Part shown: positions 17,947-24,741 of the stretch, piece after piece | Layout: every line of letters starts with the position of its first letter | Numbering within the stretch: position 1 is the stretch's first letter | Source: Thermoproteus tenax Kra 1 | GTDB taxonomy: Archaea; Thermoproteota; Thermoprotei; Thermoproteales; Thermoproteaceae | NCBI RefSeq assembly: GCF_000253055.1 | Contig: NC_016070.1 | Span: 1,410,001-1,442,000 of the forward strand | Length of the DNA: 32,000 bases | Direction: 5' to 3' | Program-made: the position numbers and the translations under genes | Notes under the pieces: model-generated | Seen by the model: only the letters and a program-made list of their open reading frames with translations | Database searches by the model: none | What the model was told of the DNA's origin: nothing

Positions 17947-18747
17947 GTGCTCCAGGTTTTGGGCCCCGACCAACTTCCAGATATACCTAATAAGGACGCA
18001 CTGCTGCTCCTCGCCGTCCATAGCTATATCCCAGTCCCCTCGAATCCCCGCCCGGAGATTATCGAGGCGGTCTTGGAGAGATTACAAGGCCGCGATATAA
18101 CTATAACTTTCTCTATGTCTAAAAGCTATTTCGAAAAGGCAGTAAAGATCCTAGGTCTCGAGAAGTTGGCGGCAAAATATAGGGCAAAGATCCTTCAAGT
18201 ACAGGGTAATGCAAGGGAGAGGCTAGAGCTACAATCGCCCACGGGCAAAAAGGTGGTAGTCAAAGCGCTTCAACAAGCTTTTGACGATTCTCTAATGAAG
18301 ATAGCATTGGCTATGCCAGTCAGTCATTCCCAGACAATCTTGTATTTGAGCATGCCCACGGCATCCCTCAATGTGATCGATCCAAAGGATCTCCAGAACT
18401 TATATGAGGGATTTAGACATCTCTATAAGTATATATCAGATATTTATAAACAAGAGAAAAATATAGTTTGTCTAATAGATGGAAAATTTGTCGTAGAGGG
18501 TGATGGGCCGGTCAAGGGCTTTCAGCGGTATTGGGGGCTAACGATCTACGGGGACAATTGCGGTGAGGTCGACTATGCGACAGCCTGGGGCCTCGGCGTT
18601 CAGCCTCTAGATATCGGCTATATATATTTCTACTTTGACGGGAGGGAACCCGCCATAGAAATGCCTAAGACGCTCGCGGAGAACAGAACTAAGATAAAAC
18701 TTTCCTCAAACGTCGGCATTCAGCTGAGCTGGAAGCGGCAACGCTAG
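17947..18747 (+). CDS. DUF362 domain protein
   Basis: CLIDGKFVVEGDGPVKGFQRYWGLTIYGDNCGEVDYATAWGLGVQPLDIGYI matches the DUF362 core as I recall it (iDG..g.eG.GP..G...........D.va.D.......G..p..i.y). The GTG start is 25 nt from a TATA-like AGATATAGG. Confidence 0.55.
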   Translation: MLQVLGPDQLPDIPNKDALLLLAVHSYIPVPSNPRPEIIEAVLERLQGRDITITFSMSKSYFEKAVKILGLEKLAAKYRAKILQVQGNARERLELQSPTGKKVVVKALQQAFDDSLMKIALAMPVSHSQTILYLSMPTASLNVIDPKDLQNLYEGFRHLYKYISDIYKQEKNIVCLIDGKFVVEGDGPVKGFQRYWGLTIYGDNCGEVDYATAWGLGVQPLDIGYIYFYFDGREPAIEMPKTLAENRTKIKLSSNVGIQLSWKRQR

Positions 18748-18803
18748 CTCAGCCCGTCCGTCGCCTATCACCTATCAGACACCAACGCGTCGCATCATCA
18801 ATA
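18747..18803 (-). ncRNA. C/D box sRNA candidate (2'-O-methylation guide)
   Basis: The minus strand reads uUGAUGA-UGCGACGCGUUGGUGU-CUGA-uagg-UGAUAG-GCGACGGACGGG-CUGA. That gives C, D' and D boxes that are canonical, a near-consensus C', a 12-nt D guide and a 16-nt D' spacer. A TATA-like TTTAATAA lies about 22 nt upstream. The locus is intergenic and antisense to both neighbours. Confidence 0.72.
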
Positions 18804-18819
18804 AATAAGAGGGGAAAAG

Positions 18820-18827
18820 TTATTAAA
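18820..18827. promoter_or_regulatory. Shared TATA element (TTATTAAA) for rpl14 (+) and the C/D sRNA (-)
   Basis: It is centred 26 nt upstream of the rpl14 ATG at 18850 and about 22 nt upstream of the sRNA C box on the opposite strand. Confidence 0.45.
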
Positions 18828-18849
18828 GTGAGGTACTGTGGAAGGGCGT

Positions 18850-19284
18850 ATGGCCAAGAGAGGCGGAAAGCGTCAGGTAGGAGCCGGCTACCGTTTCCAC
18901 GTGACTCCGGGCATCTTCCTGAACAGCGTAGTGCCCGTTGCAGACAACTCTGGGGCCAAGCTAGTGAGAGTCGTTGGAGTCGTTGGCCACATATCTAAAG
19001 GCACTCACAGGAGGGTCAAGGGCGCAGGCGTGGGAGATATGGTGGTTGTCGTGGTTAAGGAGGGGAAGCCGGAGATGAGGAAACAGCTGTTTAGAGCGAT
19101 CGTGGTCAGACAGCGCAAGCCCTTCAGGAGACCTGACGGAACATGGGTAGCGTTTGAGGACAACGCAGTAGTTCTGATAACGCCGGAGGGTGATCCCAAG
19201 GGCACTGAGATCAGAGGGCCTGTAGCGATGGAGGCGGCGCTTAGATGGCCCAGCATAGCTAATCTAGCCAGTATCGTGGTATAG
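18850..19284 (+). CDS. rpl14: 50S ribosomal protein uL14
   Basis: [15 protein letters not shown] and GDMVVVVVK motifs are present. The start is set at MAKRGGKRQ. The longest ORF begins at the GTG at 18838. Confidence 0.9.
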   Translation: MAKRGGKRQVGAGYRFHVTPGIFLNSVVPVADNSGAKLVRVVGVVGHISKGTHRRVKGAGVGDMVVVVVKEGKPEMRKQLFRAIVVRQRKPFRRPDGTWVAFEDNAVVLITPEGDPKGTEIRGPVAMEAALRWPSIANLASIVV

Positions 19285-19289
19285 ACAAG

Positions 19290-20600
19290 ATGGAATATAA
19301 GGTTAAGGATATCTCCCTAGCATCAAGGGGTCGTCAGTTGATATACTGGGCAGAGCGGAACATGCCCGTGCTTATGAGGATAAGAGAGAGGTTCGAGAGA
19401 GAGAGGCCGTTGGCAGGCATTACCATAGCGGCCTCTCTCCATGTGACTAAGGAGACGGCTGTTCTCGTGAGGACGTTGGCCAGAGGCGGCGCCCGGGTGG
19501 CCTTAGTGCCCTCCAATCCGCTATCAACTCAGGACGAAGTGGCTGCCGCGCTCGCTGAAGAGGGTGTTGCTGTATACGCTTGGAGAGGGATGAACGAGCG
19601 AGAGTATTACAACGCGATAGGCTTTGCTCTATCTTTCAGCCCCGACATAACTATGGACGACGGCGCCGATCTAACGGCCTCTGTACATAAGTTGGCCTAC
19701 GGAGCCTCCGACGACACTGTCCAACACATAAGAGAGACGGCGGGGAGCATAGACCTCGCCAAATTGGCGAGCAGAATAAGAGGAGGCACGGAGGAGACCA
19801 CCACGGGAGTGATAAGGCTTAAGGCGCTTCATAGGGAGGGCAAGTTGCTCTATCCCATAATAGCTGTGAACGAGTCCTATACGAAATATCTATTCGACAA
19901 CAGGTACGGCACGGGCCAGTCGACGTGGGACGGAATACTGAGGGCTACCAACATGTTAGTTGCCGGCAAGGTAGTTGTCGTGGCTGGCTACGGATGGGTA
20001 GGCCGGGGCATCGCGACAAGGGCTAGAGGTCTCGGGGCGCGCAGAGTTATAGTTACCGAGGTCAACCCGGTCAGAGCTCTCGAGGCAGTTTTCGACGGCT
20101 TTGAGGTAATGCCTATATCGAGAGCGGCCGAGATAGGCGACGTCTTTATAACGGCCACGGGAGATGTCAGAGTGATAAGCCTCGATCATATTCTGAGGAT
20201 GAAGGACGGAGCCATTTTGGCCAATGCTGGACACTTCAACGTAGAAATAGACGTGGAGGGCTTAGAGAGAGTGGCGAGGTCGAAAAGGACTATTAGGCCG
20301 TACTTGGAGGAGTACGAATTGCCGAACGGCAAGAGGGTGTACCTTATAGGAGAGGGCAGACTTGTCAACCTAGTAGCAGCCGAGGGACACCCCAGTGAGG
20401 TCATGGACATGTCTTTTGCCAATCAAGCGCTAGCCGCCGAGTACCTAGTGAAGAACAAACTGGGCGTCGGGGTCTACAAGCTCCCCGACGAATTAGACGT
20501 GGAGGTGGCCAAGCTAAAGCTGTCCTCCATGGGTATAGAGATAGACGAGCTCACGGAGGAGCAGAGAAGATATATAACCAGTTGGGAGCTGGGGACTTAA
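19290..20600 (+). CDS. ahcY: Adenosylhomocysteinase
   Basis: 436 aa. [20 protein letters not shown], a [11 protein letters not shown] site and a C-terminal tail typical of SAH hydrolase. It starts 5 nt after rpl14. Confidence 0.95.
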   Translation: MEYKVKDISLASRGRQLIYWAERNMPVLMRIRERFERERPLAGITIAASLHVTKETAVLVRTLARGGARVALVPSNPLSTQDEVAAALAEEGVAVYAWRGMNEREYYNAIGFALSFSPDITMDDGADLTASVHKLAYGASDDTVQHIRETAGSIDLAKLASRIRGGTEETTTGVIRLKALHREGKLLYPIIAVNESYTKYLFDNRYGTGQSTWDGILRATNMLVAGKVVVVAGYGWVGRGIATRARGLGARRVIVTEVNPVRALEAVFDGFEVMPISRAAEIGDVFITATGDVRVISLDHILRMKDGAILANAGHFNVEIDVEGLERVARSKRTIRPYLEEYELPNGKRVYLIGEGRLVNLVAAEGHPSEVMDMSFANQALAAEYLVKNKLGVGVYKLPDELDVEVAKLKLSSMGIEIDELTEEQRRYITSWELGT

Positions 20601-20725
20601 GATATAAAGCTTAGAGCCCCGGAAACTGTAGATGAGCGTACCTTACGACTGACCGTTGATGTAACTGACCTGCGGCGATTCCTCTAGCCAAACCCCTTGT
20701 TCACCCCGCCGCAGACTCCAACGCC

Positions 20726-21073
20726 CTAATCGTTGAGACAACGCTTAGCTATCTCTGTGTAAAACCTCTTAAGGCGTTTGACCTCACTAATTCTCCTCCT
20801 CAATGTGCCCAAATCAGCGGGCGAGACCCCGCGGGCAATAAGCTCTCTGTAGAGCCCCCTGAGATCCTTGAGCTCAACATCATAGTAATACATGAGACTT
20901 TTTGCGCGATCGCACTCAACCCCCTCATCAAGCTCCTGCGGGAGACCCTCTATCCCCAACAGTCTCCCCACGGCTACGGCTGCCGTATTATCCTTAAGAG
21001 ATTCTAGAATTCTCTCGATATTTATACCGCCTAGATATTTGCCATATTTAACTATAATCAGCTCTATTTCCAT
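20726..21073 (-). CDS. Hypothetical protein (115 aa)
   Basis: The ORF is translationally coupled to the upstream ORF: ATGGAAATAG holds both its start and the upstream stop. I recognise no motif. Confidence 0.5.
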   Translation of the reverse strand: MEIELIIVKYGKYLGGINIERILESLKDNTAAVAVGRLLGIEGLPQELDEGVECDRAKSLMYYYDVELKDLRGLYRELIARGVSPADLGTLRRRISEVKRLKRFYTEIAKRCLND

Positions 21074-21384
21074 GGTGATATCCTCTTAATTATCGAATAT
21101 CCTATATATTCTTCATCTACTCTCTCTATGGAGTCCTCTGCCTCCTCGTCCCGCTCCTGTATCTCCTCAATAGGGTCGCCCACGGCATCTTGTACCTCCT
21201 CAACGATCGCCCACCTATTTCTCTGTTCTACCCTAGTCACAGGGATATTGGCTATCCGCGCCACATCGATCGCGGCATCCTTGCCCTCCTCCAAGTAGAG
21301 CAATACTATGAGTCTCGCCTTATCGCTCTGAGGGAGTCTGCCGAATTTATATAACAAGTTCATCGTTTTGAGCTGCTGAGCCAC
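21064..21384 (-). CDS. Hypothetical protein with an N-terminal HTH-like segment and an acidic tail (106 aa)
   Basis: LPQSDKARLIVLLYLEEGKDAAIDVARIANIPVTRVEQ resembles a sigma70-region-4/LuxR-type HTH. The C-terminus is E/D-rich. A TATA-like GTTTATAATC is centred 24 nt upstream of the ATG. Confidence 0.5.
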   Translation of the reverse strand: MAQQLKTMNLLYKFGRLPQSDKARLIVLLYLEEGKDAAIDVARIANIPVTRVEQRNRWAIVEEVQDAVGDPIEEIQERDEEAEDSIERVDEEYIGYSIIKRISPWK

Positions 21385-21446
21385 ACCCCAGTCGGGACAT
21401 TAGATTATAAACCAAACAGTTAATCAGCTTAAGGGGGGTCTTCGCG

Positions 21447-21503
21447 AAAAGTGATGATGCGCTCAATAACGAGCGGTGAAGACCTATCGCCGCACTGATT
21501 TTT
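21447..21503 (+). ncRNA. C/D box sRNA candidate (2'-O-methylation guide)
   Basis: Reads aaaa-GUGAUGA-UGCGCUCAAUA-ACGA-gcgg-UGAAGA-CCUAUCGCCGCA-CUGA-uuuuu. The C and D boxes are canonical, the guides are 11 and 12 nt, and an AAAA/UUUU terminal stem can form. The T5 run acts as a terminator and merges into the TATA of the next gene. Confidence 0.78.
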
Positions 21504-21525
21504 AAAGGATGGCTAAGCCGAAATT

Positions 21526-22185
21526 ATGGAGATCAAGAACTTTGTAAGCGATACTGGAGTAAGAGTGGCGTACCAAGTGGTCAATAACGTGGACAACTCG
21601 CGGCGCCCGGAGGGGCTCGACGAACTGATAAAGTCAGTGGAGGAGGAGATCCGGAGATCTCTTCGGCTCGACGACCTCAAGGACAACGCCATAATTAGGA
21701 TCTACCGCGACTTCTACTGGCGCGTGATAGGCATTGATCCCACTAAACAGAGGCCTGCTCAAGAGGCGCTCCTGCGAAGAGTCCTGAGAGGTGAGCCATT
21801 GCCCCGGATAAATCCGGCCGTAGACATAGGCAATGTAGCCTCTATCAAATGGCTTCTCCCGGTGGGTCTATACGATATAGACAAAATAGGAGGCGGCGTC
21901 CTAGAGCTACGTTGGTCGAGAGGCGAGACGTTCTACCCCATAGGAGGTAAGCCTATGCAGGTCGACAGACAGATAGTGCTGGCCTCAGAGGATAAAGTGT
22001 TGCACATCTACCCTTACAGAGACAGCGTGTTGACTAAGGTCGATGAAGGAACCAAGAATATACTCATAGTGGTCGCTGGGCTGAAGGGCATTGAGGACGA
22101 GCGTCTTAGGGAGTGCGCCAACTTTATATCAAAAAACATGGAGAGGTATTTGGGAGGTAGAGCTGGAGACATCAAGCTAGTTTGA
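21526..22185 (+). CDS. B3/B4 tRNA-binding domain protein (stand-alone PheRS-beta-like B3_4 domain)
   Basis: IRIYRDFYWRVIGIDPTKQRPAQEALLRRVLRGEPLPRINPAVDIGNVASIKWLLPVGLYD matches the solo B3/4 domain family pattern. Confidence 0.62.
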   Translation: MEIKNFVSDTGVRVAYQVVNNVDNSRRPEGLDELIKSVEEEIRRSLRLDDLKDNAIIRIYRDFYWRVIGIDPTKQRPAQEALLRRVLRGEPLPRINPAVDIGNVASIKWLLPVGLYDIDKIGGGVLELRWSRGETFYPIGGKPMQVDRQIVLASEDKVLHIYPYRDSVLTKVDEGTKNILIVVAGLKGIEDERLRECANFISKNMERYLGGRAGDIKLV

Positions 22186-23494
22186 CTCTTCTAAGGAATA
22201 TGTCAACGATAGCAGCTATAGAGAGTCCCTCGACTATCTCGGGGCTCCACCTTACGCGTACTACGGGCCTTGGTATGTTGACGACCTCCTCTATTTTGGC
22301 CGGCGTCCCCATGACAACGACGTCTGAGTCTACTCTCCTTATGGTCTCCTCTAGATCCCTCTTCTGCTCCTCAGTGTAGCCCAGACTTGGAAGGACAGGC
22401 CCTATATGCGGATATCGTGAATAGACCTCCTTCAGGGCTCCTACGGCGTAGGGTCTCGGATCGACAACAGTGGCTCCATATTTTATGGCTGCGACGTAGC
22501 CGGCACCGTAGGGCAAACCGCCGTGGGTCACCGTAGGAGCATCCTCCACCACTAAGGCCCTCTTGCCCCTCAAAAGCTCCCCTCTGTCCACCGACACGCG
22601 GAAGTCGGCCTTGACTATAGTAGCGCGGGGGTTCAGCGATCTTATGTTCCCCTCTATAGCCCTAATTTTTTCGCTATCGGAGTCCCCCACCTTCGATATC
22701 ACGACTACGTCGGCCATTCTTACGTTGGCTTCTCCAGGGAACGAGGAGACCTCGTGGCCGGGTCTCCTTGCGTCGGTCACTACTACGACGAAGTCTGGCC
22801 TAAAGAACGGGAAATCGTTATTGCCGCCGTCCCACAGTATAACGTCGCCCATCTCCTCGGCCTTCGCGAGGACTCTGCCGTAGTCAACCCCCGCCAGAAC
22901 TGGCACGCCCATATCTACGTACTGCTCGTATTCTTCCCTTTCCTCAAAGGTTATCCTCGCCAGGTCAGAGCGCGTGCGATAGATCTCGACAGCGCTGGCC
23001 ACAAGATCTCTGTAGGGCATGGGGTGTCTCACGACTGCGACTTTGATGTTACGCGAGATTAGCTCTCTTACTATAGCCCTGCTGATCGTCGACTTGCCCG
23101 CCCCAGTCCGCGTAGCCAGAACGGCGATGACCGGTTTTATGGAGTTCAAGTATGTATCATTGGGACCCAATACTCTGAAGGAGGCGCCGGCCCCCACGAC
23201 TGCGGACATTATATGCCCCACATCGTCATAGAGCAAATCACTGTATGCCAAGACTGCTTCATCTATGCGTAACTTTTTCACTAACTCTGCTAGCTCGCCA
23301 TAATCGCTCCAAGTGTAGATCGGCACGCCCTCGGGATAGGCGGCGCCTGCCAACTCAGGGGGATATCTTCGGCTCGGGATAGGTATTTGCGTCATCAAAA
23401 AGGCTATAACTCTATATTCGGGGTTGTTTCTAAAGAACATATTAAACACGTGGAAATCGCGACCAGCCGCCCCTATTATCGCAACTCTCCTCAT
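22172..23494 (-). CDS. COG2403-type P-loop protein (annotated in relatives as predicted GTPase or cyclic 2,3-diphosphoglycerate synthetase-like)
   Basis: 440 aa. N-terminal IIGAAGRDFHVFN, Walker A TRTGAGKST, then VAVVRHPMPY. Confidence 0.6.
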   Translation of the reverse strand: MRRVAIIGAAGRDFHVFNMFFRNNPEYRVIAFLMTQIPIPSRRYPPELAGAAYPEGVPIYTWSDYGELAELVKKLRIDEAVLAYSDLLYDDVGHIMSAVVGAGASFRVLGPNDTYLNSIKPVIAVLATRTGAGKSTISRAIVRELISRNIKVAVVRHPMPYRDLVASAVEIYRTRSDLARITFEEREEYEQYVDMGVPVLAGVDYGRVLAKAEEMGDVILWDGGNNDFPFFRPDFVVVVTDARRPGHEVSSFPGEANVRMADVVVISKVGDSDSEKIRAIEGNIRSLNPRATIVKADFRVSVDRGELLRGKRALVVEDAPTVTHGGLPYGAGYVAAIKYGATVVDPRPYAVGALKEVYSRYPHIGPVLPSLGYTEEQKRDLEETIRRVDSDVVVMGTPAKIEEVVNIPRPVVRVRWSPEIVEGLSIAAIVDIFLRRVKLA

Positions 23495-23512
23495 AGGTAT
23501 ATAGCAGACTAG

Positions 23513-23525
23513 AGTTTATATAGAT
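23513..23525. promoter_or_regulatory. Shared bidirectional TATA element (AGTTTATATAGAT)
   Basis: It is centred 23-25 nt from both divergent ATGs (23494 minus, 23541 plus), which are only 47 bp apart. Confidence 0.45.
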
Positions 23526-23540
23526 ATATGTTTTTAAAAA

Positions 23541-24161
23541 ATGGAGCCCCACCGGCCAGTGTTAGTATTCTCAGACGTCCATCTGGGCTCCCCCCGGTCA
23601 AGGATAAGGGAGTTGAGGCGGTGCCTTAAGGGCATAGACGCAGAGGTCGTGGCAGTTGCCGGCGATCTATTCGACGACGAGCATAGGCCTGTGGGAAGAG
23701 ATGAAGCAAGGGCTTTGTTCAGAAGGGCATTGGCAGCTCTGGGGATTAAGCCGCGGATGCTGATAGTGTCTCTCAGCTCTTCATCGCACGACCCCCAGAT
23801 AGCAGGCAGTTTTACGGACAAGATAGACGGCGTTGAGGTCATGGCGTGCAACTGCCCCATCTCGTTTGAGTACGGGGGGGTTAAGTTCGTAATAACCCAC
23901 GGAGATCTAGCGTTAGGAGACGGCTTCTTGGCCTACCTCGTGGACCTCATAAGGCCTGGCCAGATCGGGAGGCTATTGAGGAGGAGGCTCGGCGTACAGC
24001 AAAACGAGTGGTTGATCTACGGACACAGCCACGTTCCATATTTGAGCGGCGAGGAGAGGATCTTAAATCCAGGGGCATGGAAGATATACGGAATCCGGCG
24101 CCTATTGGGCGCCGTCTATGAGATGCCGTCGGCCAAGCTTATCTGCAAGCCAGGCTCTTAA
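23541..24161 (+). CDS. Calcineurin-like metallophosphoesterase
   Basis: The motifs SDVHLG, AGDLFDD, ITHGD and YGHSH occur in the canonical order. Confidence 0.75.
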   Translation: MEPHRPVLVFSDVHLGSPRSRIRELRRCLKGIDAEVVAVAGDLFDDEHRPVGRDEARALFRRALAALGIKPRMLIVSLSSSSHDPQIAGSFTDKIDGVEVMACNCPISFEYGGVKFVITHGDLALGDGFLAYLVDLIRPGQIGRLLRRRLGVQQNEWLIYGHSHVPYLSGEERILNPGAWKIYGIRRLLGAVYEMPSAKLICKPGS

Positions 24162-24572
24162 GTCCTCAAGGGCCTCGGGCAAATAGCCTAGTACATCAAC
24201 GGGGGCATCCCTGACGTTCAACGACAGACATACCCTCCAGTCTAGGAGATATCTCAGATTAGTGGCGGCCTCCCTTCTGATATTCTCTTCACAGAAAGCC
24301 TCGGGCGAGAGGAGCGCGCCTTTGCCTATGAACGCGACTTGGTGCGCATATTTGAGATACACAGGCACCCCTCTGGCTATCTTAAGCGCCTTGAGAATAG
24401 TCTGCTCTCTACATGTGGGCAAGTTCAATATCTGGACACTATACCCCCACTTAGCTATGGCGAGTCCCAGGCCCACCCACTTCTCGGCCTCGCTAGGCGG
24501 AGGAGGAACTAGAGTGACGCGCGGAGGCCCCTCGCCGATTGTTATGTCGCTAAGAGTGTAGCGTATCTTCAC
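24102..24572 (-). CDS. Hypothetical protein (156 aa)
   Basis: The ORF has a GTG start 23 nt from a TATA-like AATAATTTAAG. I identify no family. Its 3' end overlaps the convergent phosphoesterase by 60 nt. Confidence 0.45.
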   Translation of the reverse strand: MKIRYTLSDITIGEGPPRVTLVPPPPSEAEKWVGLGLAIAKWGYSVQILNLPTCREQTILKALKIARGVPVYLKYAHQVAFIGKGALLSPEAFCEENIRREAATNLRYLLDWRVCLSLNVRDAPVDVLGYLPEALEDLRAWLADKLGRRHLIDGAQ

Positions 24573-24600
24573 GGCCTTTTATATTGTGCTTAAATTATTG

Positions 24601-24652
24601 ATGTGATGAAGTTGGTCTTAGCCGATAATGACGAGGGGAACGATGTCTGATT
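24601..24652 (+). ncRNA. C/D box sRNA candidate (2'-O-methylation guide)
   Basis: Reads GUGAUGA(24603-09)-AGUUGGUCUUAG-CCGA-ua-AUGACGA-GGGGAACGAUGU-CUGA(24647-50). Both guides are exactly 12 nt. A TATA-like TTTTATAT lies about 22 nt upstream. The locus is intergenic. Confidence 0.8.
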
Positions 24653-24741
24653 CCTGTATCTCAGGATGATAGAAACTTTCGTTCTACTCTCCTTGTTTTA
24701 TCTTAAATATAAGAAACTATAAATGGAACTTGAAGGATATT

